DNA of 64,000 nt from an uncultured Chloroflexia bacterium (lineage in GTDB: Bacteria > Chloroflexota > Limnocylindria > Limnocylindrales > CSP1-4). The position numbers and the translations under genes are program-made. The DNA is taken from the NCBI GenBank assembly GCA_963775855.1, contig CAVZKO010000005.1:367846-431845 (forward strand), written 5' to 3'. Each line of letters opens with the position of its first letter. Position 1 is the stretch's first letter. This document shows, piece after piece, positions 53,770 to 64,000 of this stretch. The notes under the pieces were generated by a model. It worked only from the letters and a program-made list of their open reading frames with translations, did no database searches and was not told the origin of the DNA.

Positions 53770-54344
53770 CTCGGGAAGAGGTGGACGGCGATCTCGCGGG
53801 CGATCGGCTCGGGGTCGTTGCCCAGGGCAGGGGGTAGGTTTCCGTCGAGGTAGAGGGTTGCGAGGCCGTGGACGAGGGCCCACGCTGCGACGCCGGCCCG
53901 CAAGGAGTCCACGCCGGGGGCGAGCGCGACCGAGCCGAGCGGGCCGTAGAGCGCCTGTCGCGATCGCTCGCGGGCGGTGGCCAGCGCAGGATCCCCGACG
54001 CGGAGCATCTCGGGTCGGAACATCACCTCGAAATGAGCGCGATTCCGAACGGCGAAGCCGACATACGCGACGCCGACTTCGAGAAAGCTGCCTGTCGCCG
54101 CGAAGGCGGCATTGAGCTCGTCAGCGAAGAGATCGAAGCCTTCGACGGCGATTGCGGTCAACAGGCCGACCTTGTCGCCGAAGTGATGCGCGGGGGCCGC
54201 GTGCGACACTCCGGCCCGCCGGGCGAGCTCCCGGAGGCTGATGCCTCCCGGTCCGTCGCTCTCGATCGCGGCGAGCGCCTCGTCGAGGAGGGCGCGCCGC
54301 AGGTCGCCGTGGTGATATCGGCGTTCAGTCGGGGCTGTCGTCAT
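53766..54344 (-). CDS. TetR-family transcriptional regulator
   Basis: ORF 53766..54344. ISLRELARRAGVSHAAPAHHFGDKVGLL is the TetR HTH signature. Confidence 0.88.
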   Translation of the reverse strand: MTTAPTERRYHHGDLRRALLDEALAAIESDGPGGISLRELARRAGVSHAAPAHHFGDKVGLLTAIAVEGFDLFADELNAAFAATGSFLEVGVAYVGFAVRNRAHFEVMFRPEMLRVGDPALATARERSRQALYGPLGSVALAPGVDSLRAGVAAWALVHGLATLYLDGNLPPALGNDPEPIAREIAVHLFPS

Positions 54345-54362
54345 GCGGGGAGCGTAGCGCCG

Positions 54363-54415
54363 TATCTTGTCATTGACAAGTTTGTGCCAGCCGCCTATCT
54401 TGACGGCGACAAGTT
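54363..54415. promoter_or_regulatory. Two related TetR-type operator sites
   Basis: TATCTTGTCATTGACAAGTT (54363-54382; perfect CTTGTCA/TGACAAG arms) and TATCTTGACGGCGACAAGTT (54396-54415). Both lie in the 92-bp divergent intergenic region. Confidence 0.45.
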
Positions 54416-54436
54416 CCCGCCCAGAGGCCAGCCGAA

Positions 54437-54853
54437 ATGGAACCTACCCTGATCCTCTCGTCCGCCAGCCAGACGACCGCGGGCGTCCTGCTGTTGACGA
54501 TCGTCGCCGTCGAGTTCGGTGGCTGGTACGTGCTCCAACTGGTGACCGGCCGGCAGGAGGCGACCCCGTTCCAGAAGACGTTCGCCCGGGCCGGCCACGC
54601 CCACGCCGGCGTCCTCGTGAGCCTCGCCCTCATCTGCCAGATCTTCGCCGACGCGGTAGCGCTCGAGGGCCCGCTCGCGAGCCTCGCCCGGAGCGGCGTG
54701 CCGCTCGCCGCGATCCTCATCCCGGCCGGCTACTTCTTCTCGTCGGCCGGCCGCGACGTGACGGAGCCGAACCGGTTGATCGTCTTGATCTACGTCGGCG
54801 CTGTCTCGCTCGCGCTCGGTGTCGTGGCCCTCGGGATCGGCCTGCTTACCTGA
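54437..54853 (+). CDS. Hypothetical 4-TM membrane protein (divergent from the TetR gene)
   Basis: ORF 54437..54853. Four hydrophobic segments. No family recognised. Confidence 0.5.
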   Translation: MEPTLILSSASQTTAGVLLLTIVAVEFGGWYVLQLVTGRQEATPFQKTFARAGHAHAGVLVSLALICQIFADAVALEGPLASLARSGVPLAAILIPAGYFFSSAGRDVTEPNRLIVLIYVGAVSLALGVVALGIGLLT

Positions 54854-56109
54854 CCGATACTGCGGCCGGCTGCATGGCCGCGAGGCGACGGACGACGGCG
54901 TTGGCGAGGGCGTCGACGTCGGCTTCGGTCGCCGGGGTTGCGATCGCGCCCATCCCGCGGGGGGCGAGGTGGAAGCCGTCGATGAGTAGGCCGAGGAAGA
55001 GTGTCTCCGTCGCGGAGAGCTGCTCTTCGCCCTGGAGCGTCGGCCCCGCGAACACCTGGAAGAGCGACGCGATCCCGTCGACGCGGGCATCGAGCCGCGC
55101 CGGCGACGAATCCTTCGGCCAGTCGGTCCCGCAGGCGCTCGCCGAGGCTCGCCAGGCGGTCGTATCGGTCGGGTGTCAGGTAGCGCAGGGTCGCGAGGCC
55201 GGCCGCCGCGCCGACGGGATTGCCGTTGAACGTCCCGCCGTGGCTCAGCGCACCGGGTCGCCGGGCGTCGAAGCGATCCATGATCTCGGCCCGGCCGCCG
55301 AACGCGGCGAGGGGATAGCCGCCGCCAACGATCTTGCCGAGCGTCGTCAGGTCCGGCCGGACCCCGAACACGCCCTGGGCCCCGTTCGGTCCGATCCGGA
55401 AGGCGATGATCTCGTCGAAGATCAGAACCGCCCCGATCCGATCGGCGTAGTCGCGGAGGAAGCGCAGGAACAGCGGGTCGGCCGCGCGGATGCCGCCGGC
55501 GCCCTGAACCGGCTCGATGATGATCGCGGCGACGTCGCGCTCGCGGCCATTCAGCGCGGCCTCCACGCCGTCGGCGTCGTCCCACGGCAGCTCGACGACG
55601 AGGCCGGAGATCCCATCTGGCACGCCGGGCGTTCCGGCCAGCGCCGTGTCGTGTGTCCCGTGGTAGGCCCTCGCGAACTTGGCGAGGAGCGGCCGGCCGG
55701 TGAACGCGCGGGCCGCTCGGATGGCGAACATCGTCGCCTCGGTGCCGGAATTGGTGAACCGGATCCGCTCGACCGACGGCAGGCGGCCCCGGATCTCCTC
55801 GGCGAGCTCGATCTCGATCTCGGTCGGAGCGGCGAACGCGGAGCCGAGCCGGACCTGGGCTTCGACCGCCGCGACGACATCCGGGTGAGCGTGGCCGAGG
55901 ATCAGCGACGTGTAATTGCCGAGGAAGTCGCGGTACTCGTTGCCGTCGACGTCCCATGTCCGCAGGCCCTCGCCGCGAGCCATGTACGGCGGGTAGGGCG
56001 GGTTGAAGACCGTCGTCCGCGTCGATCCGCCCGGAATCGAGGCGGTCGCCCGCTCGAACAGAGCGCGCGAGCCCGGCGTCCGGGCGAGGTAGGTGTCGAT
56101 CAGGCTCAT
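54846..56109 (-). CDS. Class III aminotransferase (glutamate-1-semialdehyde aminomutase-like), one frame break
   Basis: ORF 54790..56169 is good from MSLIDTY (ATG 56109) to ...RLAEGFVAGA (GTEATMFAIRAAR, IIEPVQGAGG, FDEI, LGKIVGGG). Break near 55093-55098. The C-terminus LDARVDGIASLFQVFAGPTLQ... lies in ORF 54846..55055. Confidence 0.8.
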
Positions 56110-56169
56110 CGGGTGAGTGTGCCGCTCGGCCGATACCATCGCAAGGCGGTAGCCGGCTCTCCTTGACAC

Positions 56170-56185
56170 GTGACTAATTAGTCAC
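56170..56185. promoter_or_regulatory. Perfect 16-bp palindrome GTGACTAATTAGTCAC, candidate operator
   Basis: It lies in the divergent region between the aminotransferase gene and the ArsR-SRPBCC gene, 15 nt upstream of GTG 56200. An AT-rich core in a GC-rich genome. Confidence 0.45.
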
Positions 56186-56199
56186 ATATAGTCGCGAAC

Positions 56200-56978
56200 G
56201 TGGTTGACGATCCGATGGCGCCGGCGTTTCGGGCCCTTGGCGACCCGAGCCGGCGGCTCCTTCTCGATCGGCTCTTCGAGCGCGATGGCCAGACGCTCGG
56301 CGAGCTGTGCGCCTACCTGCCGTCGATGACCCGGTTCGGGGTCATGCGGCACCTGGGCGTGCTGGAGGAGGCGGATCTCGTCACGACGCGCAGGGAAGGA
56401 CGCGAGAAGCGGCACTTCCTGAACCCGGTCCCGATCCGGCTCGTCCACGACCGCTGGATCAGCAAGTTCGCCGAGCCCGTCGTCGGTGCGATGGCGGCGA
56501 TCAAGACACACCTGGAGGCCGAAACGATGTCCAGCCCCGATCACGTCTATGCCGTCTACATCAAGGCCGCGCCCGACCGGGTCTGGCGAGCGATCACCGA
56601 CGGCGTCGAGACCGAGCAGTACTACTACGGCACTCGCGTGAACTCCGACTGGTCGAAGGGCGGCCGGATCGTCTACGAGTACCCCGACGGCAGGGTCGCG
56701 GCCGACGGTGAGGTGCTCGAGATCGATCCCGGCCGGCTCCTGACGATGACGTTCCAGCCCGATGGGACCCCGAGGACACGTCGGGGCCGGTCACGATGAC
56801 CTGGGCGATCGAGCCAACCGAGGACGGGAGCTCGAAGCTGACTGTGACGACCGCGGGCCTCGTGGCCGGCTCGAAGATGGCCGAGGAGTTCAGCGGCGGC
56901 ATCGTCTACATCGTGTCGGGCCTCAAGACGCTCGTCGAGACCGGCGCCCCGATGGCCGTCCCGGTCGAGGCGAGCTGA
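56200..56978 (+). CDS. ArsR-family HTH fused to an SRPBCC/AHSA1-like domain (one frame break)
   Basis: ORF 56200..56799. FRALGDPSRRLLLDRL...LGELCAYLPSMTRFGVMRHLGVLEEADLV (wHTH), then VYIKAAPDRVWRAITD (SRPBCC). Break at the C-run 56758-56760. It continues as WDPEDTSGPVTMTWAIEPTEDGSSKLTV (ORF 56796..56978). Confidence 0.75.
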
Positions 56979-57367
56979 AGCCGCCGGTCGGACGTGCTGC
57001 CGGTATTCGGCTGGCTGATTGTTTTGTAGCAACCGTGCGTAGCTCCGCTCGAGTTTCGACGCAGGACTGTCGATTCGTGGGCCGAGCCACGCTCGTCTGT
57101 TCACATTTTGATCCGTTTCATTGATCGCGGGACCCCGACTTGGAGATCTGGCCCTCGGGATCGGCGATCGCGGCGTCCGCGGCCGTCCTCCAAACTCGTT
57201 GACGTTGAAACTAACGCGCGCGCATACTCGTATCTAACCCTGCGGACCTCCGGCCGGACCCACGCGACCCGTCCCGGCCCGGCCGTCGGCCCGATCGTCA
57301 CCGCCGTGCACGCCCGCTCTTCGAGGGCACCGATGCCAGGCCAGTGGGTGAGGAGGACGATCGCGCG

Positions 57368-58241
57368 ATGATTCCGGCTCAGTTCGACTACGTGCGTCCC
57401 GCTGATCTCGACGAGGCGCTCAAGATACTGACCGAGCGCGAGGGCGAAGCGAAGCTGCTCGCCGGCGGCTACAGCCTCATCCCGTTGCTCAAGCTCCGCC
57501 TCGCCGAGCCCGGGCTCCTCGTCGACCTGAGAGACGTCACGGGGCTCGATGGCATCGTCGAGACCGACGATGACCTCCGGATCGGCGCGAAGGCGACGCA
57601 CCGCCAGATCCACGAGAACTCGATCATCGCGCGCTACCCGCTGCTGCACGACGTGTCCGGCGGAATCGGCGATCCCCAGGTCCGCAACTGGGGCACGATC
57701 GGCGGCTCGGTGGCGCATGCCGACCCGGCGTCGGATTGGCCGGCAGCGCTGCTCGCCACCAATGCGGAGATCGTGTGCCGCGGGCCGGGCGGCGAGCGGG
57801 TCGTCGGCCGCCCGAGACTTCTTCCTCGACACGTTCACAACGGCGATCGAGCCGACCGAGGTCCTGACGGAGATTCGATTCGGCCGAAGGCCACGCGGGA
57901 TGGGCGGCGCCTACACGAAGCTCGAGCGTCGCGCAGGCGACTTCGCCACCGCCGGGATAGCCGCAGTCGTCCTGCTCGACGACAGCGGCACGATCACCCG
58001 GGCCGGGATCGGCGTCACGGGCGTTTCGCCGTCGCCGTTTGCCGCGACGGACGCCGAAGCTGCGCTCCAGGGCCAGCGTCCATCCGAAGATGCGTTCCGG
58101 GCGGCTGGCGAAGCGGCCGCGGCGATGAGCGAACCGGCTTCAGACACCCGCGGGCCCGTCGACTACAAACGGGCGATGGTCGACGAACTCGCCGTTCGAT
58201 CGCTGCGCACGGCGGTCGAGCGCGCACTGGCCAACAGCTGA
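57368..58241 (+). CDS. coxM: CODH medium FAD-binding subunit, form I cluster (one frame break)
   Basis: ATG 57368 in ORF 57344..58261. [45 protein letters not shown]. Break near 57805-57815. It continues in ORF 57549..58241 ([24 protein letters not shown]...). Confidence 0.8.
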
Positions 58242-58257
58242 CGGGAGGCACGAGACG

Positions 58258-58785
<528 letters not shown>

Positions 58786-58800
58786 GCGGGGAGTGACGAG

Positions 58801-61184
58801 ATGACGGAGACGCTCCAGACCACCCCCGAAGTCGGCGGGATGGGCCACTCGGTCAAGCGCAAGGAGGATCCGCGGTTCATCCGCGGCGCCGGCCAGTACA
58901 TCGACGACCTCGTCCTGCCGGGGATGCTCTGGCTCGACATCGTCCGCAGCCCGTATGCCCACGCGAAGATCAAGTCGATCGACAGCTCAGAGGCGCTGAA
59001 GGTCCCGGGGGTCGCTGCCGTCGTCACCGGCAAGGACCTGGAGGGCTACAAGCTCCACTGGATGCCGACCCTGGCCGGCGACATGCAGATGGTGCTGCCG
59101 ACCGACACGGTGATGTACCAGAGCGCAGGAGGTCGCCGCAGTTATCGCGACCAGCCGGTACGCCGCCGCCGACGGCGTCGCCGCAGTCCTCGTCGACTAC
59201 GAGCCGCTGCCGGTCATCGTCGATCCGCACAAGGCGCTCGAAGAGGGCGCCTTCGTCCTCCGACCCGACCGCGCCGCCGACAAGCAGACCAATCGCATCT
59301 GGCACTGGGAGTCGGGCGACCGGGCAAAGGCCGATGCCGCCCTCGACACCGCGGAGGTCCGGATCGAGGAGGACATCTACATCCCCCGCATCCACGTGGC
59401 CTCGATCGAGACGTGCGGCTGCATCGCGGACTGGGATCCGATCCGCCAGCAGCTCACCCTGCACATGACCAGCCAGGCGCCCCACGCGATCCGCACGGTC
59501 CTCGCGCTCGTGGCGGCCGGGGCCGGGCTCCCGATCTCGGAGCAGAACATCCGGGTCAAGACCCACGACATCGGCGGCGGATTCGGCGGCAAGGTTCCGG
59601 TCTACCCCGGGCTATGTCCTCGCCGTCGCGGCCTCGTTCCTGATCGGCAAGCCGGTCAAGTGGATCGAGGACCGCTCGGAGAACCTCCAGGCCGACTCGT
59701 TCGCTCGCGACTACCACATCCACGCCGAGATGGGCGCGACGAAGGACGGCAAGATCACCGGGCTCAAGGTCAAGACGATCGCGGACCACGGCTACAGCGA
59801 TGCTGCGGCCGACCCCTCGAAGTTCCCGGCCGGACTCTTCAACGTGATCACCGGGTCGTACGACTTCGACAACGCCTTCGTCGAGGTCGACGGGGTCTAT
59901 ACGAACAAGCCACCTGGCGGCGTCGCGTACCGCTGCTCGTTCCGGGTGACGGAGGCGGTCCACGCGATCGAGCGGATGGTCGACATCCTCGCCCACGACA
60001 TCGGCAAGGACCCGGCCCAGCTCCGCATGGAGAACTTCATCCAGCCGGAGCAGTTCCCCTACAAGACCCCGACCGGCTGGGAGTACGACTCCGGCAACTA
60101 TCCCGGCGCCCTCAAGAAGGCGATGGAGATCATCGACTACGCGGGGCTCCGCAAGGAGCAGGCCGAGAAGCGCGAGCGCGGCGAGCTCATGGGGATCGGC
60201 ATCAGCTCGTTCACCGAGATCGTCGGGGCCGGGCCGTCGCACGACTTCGACATCCTCGGCCTGAAGATGTTCGACTCGTGCGAGATCCGGGTCCACCCGA
60301 CCGGCAAGGTCCTCGCCCGGATCGGCGTCCAGACGCAGGGCCAGGGCCACGAGACGACGTTCGCCCAGATCATCGCCGAGGAGCTCGGCTTCCCGGTCGC
60401 CGACATCAAGATCGAGTACGGCGACACGGACACGGCTCCCTACGGACTGGGCACCTACGCCTCACGCTCCACGCCGGTCGCCGGCGCTGCCACGGCGATG
60501 GCGTCCCGCAAGATCAAGGACAAGGCGCGAAAGCTCGCCGCGCACCTTCTCGAGGCGAACGAGGACGACCTCGAGTGGACGAACGGCAAGTTCAGCGTCA
60601 AGGGCTCGCCGGATCGGTCGAAGACGATCCAGGAGATCGCCTTCGCGGCCTACACGAACCACCCGCAGGGGATGGAGGCCGGCCTCGAGGCGGTCGACTA
60701 CTACGACCCGCCGAACCTGACGTTCCCGTTCGGCAGCTACATCTGCGTCGTCGACATCGACAAGGGCACCGGCCAGGTGAGCGTTCGCCGTTTCGTCGCG
60801 GTCGATGACTGCGGCAACATCATCAACCCGATGATCGTCGACGGCCAGATCCACGGCGGTCTGACGATGGGCCTCGCACCGGCCCTCTACGAGTCGATCA
60901 CCTATGACGAAAACGGCCAGAACCAGGCCGGGACATTCATGGACTACCTCCTGCCGACGGCCCTCGAGACGCCGGCCTGGGAGGTCGCCAAGACCGTGAC
61001 CCCGTCGCCCCATCACCCGATCGGCGCGAAGGGCGTAGGGGAGTCGGCAACGGTCGGCGCGCCGCCGGCGATCGCCAACGCCGTCGTCGACGCGCTGTGG
61101 CACCTGGGCGTCCGCAACATCGACATCCCGATCACCCCGCAGAAGGTCTGGAAGATCCTGCGCGAGAACGGGGTCACCGCCTGA
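58801..61184 (+). CDS. coxL: CODH large Mo-Cu subunit, form I (AYRCSFR loop), two frame breaks
   Basis: ORF 58801..59643, then ORF 59396..60808, then ORF 59730..61184. Breaks near 59128-59135 and at the G-run 59607-59609 (YPG|YVLAVAASFLIGKPVKWIEDRSENL). VAYRCSFR is encoded at 59922-59945. Confidence 0.88.
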
Positions 61185-62257
61185 CCACGCCGCAACCGGG
61201 CGGGCGCGGACTCTTCGCGCGCGCTGCGGAGCTCGCCCAGGCCCGACGCCCGTTCGCCTTTGCCACGGTCGTTGCGGTGGCGCGGCCGACATCGGCGCGG
61301 CCCGGTGCCCATGGGATCGTCCACCCCGACGGCACCATCGAGGGTTGGGTCGGCGGCTCATGCGCCCAGCCGGTCGTCGTCCGCGAGGCGCTCCATGCGC
61401 TCGCCGACGGCCAGCCGCGATTGCTGCGGCTGTCGAAGGACGCGCCGGCCGAGGGCCGGCGTGGCGATGGGGTTATTGAGCTCGTCATGACCTGCCATTC
61501 GGGGGGAACGCTGGAGATCTACGTGGAACCGAACCTACCGCCGCCGCTTCTCTGGGTGGCCGGCACGACGCCGATTGCGAGCGCCCTCGTCGACCTCGGC
61601 TCGGCTGCCGGTTTTCGTGTCACCGTGTTCGACCCGATCGCAGACGCCGGCGCGTTTCCCAACGCCGCGCAGGTCCGGACGGATACCAACCTTGTCGCGG
61701 TCGAGCCTGGATCGAGTCCGTACATCGTCGTGGCGACGCAGGGCCAGTGGGACGAGGAGGCGCTCGCCGGCGCGCTCCGCCGCGACGCCCGCTACGTCGG
61801 GCTGGTCGCATCTCCGACGAGGGCGACGGCTGTCCGCTCCTGGCTGCGCGAAGAAACGGGACTTGCCGAGGAGCGGCTGGCGGCCCTGCGAGCGCCGGCC
61901 GGGCTGGACCTCGGAGCGGAGACAGCCGAGGAGGTCGCCCTCTCGATCCTCGCGGAGCTGATCCAGGTCCGGCGCGGCCGAGCCGAGTTCGTCGCCTCGC
62001 CCGGGCCCGCGACCGTTGCCGGCGCCAGTGTCAGCCCAGCCCCTGTGACGGCCGCGCCGGACGATATCGTCCTGCTCGATCCGGTTTGCGGTATGACCGT
62101 CGACCGCGTCCACGCCCGCCATCTCGCGGAACATCAAGGCGTCGTCTACGCGTTCTGCAGCCTCGGCTGCCGCACTCGGTTCGTGAAGGATCCCGCCACG
62201 TTCCTCTCGGCGTCGGTCGAAGCCGAAGCTCCCAGGGTCGCCAAGGAGACGCGATGA
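61181..62257 (+). CDS. XdhC-family protein fused to a C-terminal YHS (TRASH-like) metal-binding domain
   Basis: ORF 61097..62257. LFARAAELAQARRPFAFATVVAVARPTSARPGAHGIV..GWVGGSCAQP is an XdhC N-terminus. A Rossmann-like middle follows. The C-terminal DPVCGMTVDRVHARHLAEHQGVVYAFCSLGCRTRFVKDPATF is a YHS motif (about 62078-62206). The start is ambiguous: ATG 61097 (88-nt overlap with coxL) or CTG 61181. Confidence 0.75.
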   Translation: MTTPQPGGRGLFARAAELAQARRPFAFATVVAVARPTSARPGAHGIVHPDGTIEGWVGGSCAQPVVVREALHALADGQPRLLRLSKDAPAEGRRGDGVIELVMTCHSGGTLEIYVEPNLPPPLLWVAGTTPIASALVDLGSAAGFRVTVFDPIADAGAFPNAAQVRTDTNLVAVEPGSSPYIVVATQGQWDEEALAGALRRDARYVGLVASPTRATAVRSWLREETGLAEERLAALRAPAGLDLGAETAEEVALSILAELIQVRRGRAEFVASPGPATVAGASVSPAPVTAAPDDIVLLDPVCGMTVDRVHARHLAEHQGVVYAFCSLGCRTRFVKDPATFLSASVEAEAPRVAKETR

Positions 62258-62700
62258 AGTTCGAAGGCACCGTGGAGATCCAGGCCCCGCGCGATCGCGT
62301 ATGGGCGTTTCTCATGGACCCGAACCAGGTCGGGCCGTGCGGTCCGGGTGTCGAGAGCATCGAGGTCGTCGACGAGACCCATTTCAAGGCGAAGGCGAAG
62401 GTCGGGATCGGCTTTATCAGCGCACGGTTCAACGTCGACATGGAGATCGCGGAGACGCAACCGCCGGAGCGGGCGGTGATCAAGGCCCATGGCCAGGCAC
62501 CCGGCAGCGCGGTCGACGCGAATGCGACGATGTCGCTCCGCGATGGGACCAACGGCGGCACGGTCATGGACTGGGCGGCGGACGTGCTGATCGGCGGGTC
62601 GCTGGCGACTGTCGGGGCCAGGATGATCGAGGGAACGGCGAACAAGATGATCGGCCAGACCTTCGAGTGCATCCGGACGAAGCTCGAAGGGGGCGGCTGA
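62254..62700 (+). CDS. coxG: CoxG (SRPBCC-fold CODH accessory subunit)
   Basis: ATG 62254 (ATGA overlap). MKFEGTVEIQAPRDRVWAFLMDP...GIGFISARF...ADVLIGGSLATVGARMIEGTANKMIGQTFECI. It is the tail of ORF 61747..62700. Confidence 0.85.
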   Translation: MKFEGTVEIQAPRDRVWAFLMDPNQVGPCGPGVESIEVVDETHFKAKAKVGIGFISARFNVDMEIAETQPPERAVIKAHGQAPGSAVDANATMSLRDGTNGGTVMDWAADVLIGGSLATVGARMIEGTANKMIGQTFECIRTKLEGGG

Positions 62701-63179
62701 CAACGTCGGATGCGACCGAGCGACCGCTATGGACCTGTCCAAGCTGCGGCCACAGCTTCGTCACGACCAATCTCTGGCACTCGTGCACGCGCATCAGCCT
62801 CGATGAGGCCTTCGCGCGTTCCACGCCGGAGGCCCGCGCCGGGTTCGAACGGTTCGCGGACCTGGCCGCGCAGTGCGGGCCCATCGAGGTCATTGCCCAG
62901 CGCACACGGATCGTGATCATGGGCCGCGTCCGGTTCGCCGGGGCGACCGTCCTGCGGGACCGCGTCCGGCTCAACATCGCGCTGACACGCCGGCTCGAAG
63001 CCCCATGGATCGAACGGATCGAGTCGGACGGGCCGCGCTGGAATGCGCATCGGTTCATCGTTCGGACGGCTAGCGATGTCGACGCGATCGTCGAGCTGCC
63101 GCCGATCGTTTGCGAGGGATACCGCGACCTCGGCATGCAGGGGTTGCTGCGGGCCCGGTCGCGCGGTGCGGATCGTTGA
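62697..63179 (+). CDS. DUF5655-like protein with N-terminal CxxC...HxC motif (start uncertain)
   Basis: The tail of ORF 62301..63179 reads WTCPSCGHSFVTTNLWHSCTRISLDEAF...VRFAGATVLRDRVRLNIALTRRLE. Possible starts are CTG 62697 (behind GAAGGGGG) or GTG 62667. Confidence 0.5.
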   Translation: MTTSDATERPLWTCPSCGHSFVTTNLWHSCTRISLDEAFARSTPEARAGFERFADLAAQCGPIEVIAQRTRIVIMGRVRFAGATVLRDRVRLNIALTRRLEAPWIERIESDGPRWNAHRFIVRTASDVDAIVELPPIVCEGYRDLGMQGLLRARSRGADR

Positions 63180-63817
63180 TGGAGCGCCTCATGAGGGTTG
63201 TCGGCCCGGTGGCGACCAATGTCCACGTTCTCGCCGACCCTCGAACGCGGGAGGCAATCGCGATCGATACCGCTACCCCGTCGCTCGCCTGGATTCGCGA
63301 CGAGCTGGAGCAGCGGGAATGGACGCTGAAGCTCATCATCTCGACCCACGGCCACTGGGATCACATCGGCGACAACGCCGCGGTCGCCGCCCACACCGGC
63401 GCGGACATCGCGGTTCACCCGCTCGATCGGCCGCGCCTGGAACACCCCCAGCCCCTCTTCGCGCCGTTCGAGATCCCGCCATCCGTGCCCGCGGTCGAGC
63501 TCGCCGAGGGTGGTGAGATCCGGTTCGGTGAGATCCGCCTGAGCGTGCTCCACACGCCCGGCCACACCGAGGGCTCGGTCTGCCTTCATGCCGTTGACGA
63601 GGGAATCCTGTTCAGCGGCGACACGCTCTTCGCCGGTGGCTGGGGCCGGGTCGACCTGCCCGGTGGCGACCCAGACCTCATGGTCGAGTCGATCGGCCGG
63701 CTGACGACATTGGAGGATCAGACGGCCGTCCTGCCCGGCCACGGCCAGGTGACGACGGTGGGCCGGGAACGGGCCTGGATGGAGCTGGTCCGCGACGGAC
63801 GGCGGCTGTTCGCGTAG
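63179..63817 (+). CDS. MBL-fold metallo-hydrolase (glyoxalase II-like)
   Basis: In-frame ATG 63179 of ORF 63110..63817. STHGHWDHIGDN (HxHxDH), HTPGHTEGS, GDTLFAGG and LPGHG motifs. Confidence 0.85.
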   Translation: MERLMRVVGPVATNVHVLADPRTREAIAIDTATPSLAWIRDELEQREWTLKLIISTHGHWDHIGDNAAVAAHTGADIAVHPLDRPRLEHPQPLFAPFEIPPSVPAVELAEGGEIRFGEIRLSVLHTPGHTEGSVCLHAVDEGILFSGDTLFAGGWGRVDLPGGDPDLMVESIGRLTTLEDQTAVLPGHGQVTTVGRERAWMELVRDGRRLFA

Positions 63818-63853
63818 CCGGGAGCCCGCCGAGGGCCCGTTGGCCAAGCCGGC

Positions 63854-64000
63854 TTAGGGGCCGTTGACGAAGCCCGTTGTATTGACGACTTCGAACATCG
63901 AGCCGGTGATCCCATGGAGGTCGTGGAGTTCGTCGTCGTCCCAGCGCGGATCCGGGGCGCCGGAGATGTAATACGCGGAGCCGTTGTCGGCGAGGATCAT
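63854..64000 (-). CDS. Hypothetical protein, C-terminal fragment (gene enters from the right edge)
   Basis: The reverse frame reads ...ILADNGSAYYISGAPDPRWDDDELHDLHGITGSMFEVVNTTGFVNGP* with the stop at 63854-63856. Family not recognised with confidence. Confidence 0.45.
   Translation of the reverse strand: MILADNGSAYYISGAPDPRWDDDELHDLHGITGSMFEVVNTTGFVNGP

Noticed and set aside
57101-57838. Minus-strand ORF 57101..57838 (245 aa) in and around the coxM2 upstream region.
   Set aside because: It is antisense to the well-supported coxM2 start and has no motifs. The 56979-57367 gap is better read as a promoter or leader region; TTGACG-18 nt-CATACT at 57199-57228 is a weak candidate.
61181-62700. 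Recurrent CTGA stop/start overlaps (34740, 61181, 62697) as proof of widespread CTG initiation.
   Set aside because: A C before TGA is expected in roughly half of genes at this GC content. In-frame alternative starts exist for two of the three (ATG 61097, GTG 62667). Only the acyl-CoA dehydrogenase case (6676) has independent SD-spacing support.

Overview
High-GC bacterial chromosomal segment. Gene content looks Actinobacteria/Thermoleophilia- or Chloroflexi-like, but the taxon cannot be fixed from sequence alone.

Content, left to right:
- MarR regulator plus a DrrAB-like ABC exporter.
- B12-binding mutase small subunit plus MeaB, then an MFS transporter.
- A beta-oxidation-type set (3-hydroxyacyl-CoA DH, acyl-CoA DH, thiolase, aldehyde DH). 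It is interrupted by a DHp-receiver protein with no kinase domain and by a decayed XRE-type pseudogene.
- Two tandem coiled-coil membrane paralogs and an MMPL transporter.
- tRNA-Lys(CTT), followed by a ~5.6 kb island that encodes only secreted or surface proteins: a Tat-signal repeat protein, two lipoproteins, a Cys-rich secreted protein and a collagen-like protein.
- carA-carB behind PyrR-like hairpins, then a HAD hydrolase.
- An ArsR-like regulator / small ORF / CopC / membrane-protein module with two copies of an 18-bp palindromic operator.
- An M16 peptidase pair and an orphan TadE-TadE-TadG trio.
- SRAP, TPR-rhomboid and a Ser/Thr kinase.
- A form II-type coxSLM cluster (AYRGAGR loop) with an intact, translationally coupled maturation operon: MoCF-binding protein, CoxD, CoxE, XdhC, a MocA-methyltransferase fusion and a Zn-ribbon ORF.
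- A form I coxMSL cluster (AYRCSFR loop) followed by an XdhC-YHS fusion and CoxG.

Roughly 30 reading-frame breaks are visible and they are strongly clustered. Several sit at short homopolymers, so many are probably sequence errors rather than biology.

I saw no CRISPR array, integrase, transposase or rRNA. All homology calls come from motif recognition by eye, not from database searches.
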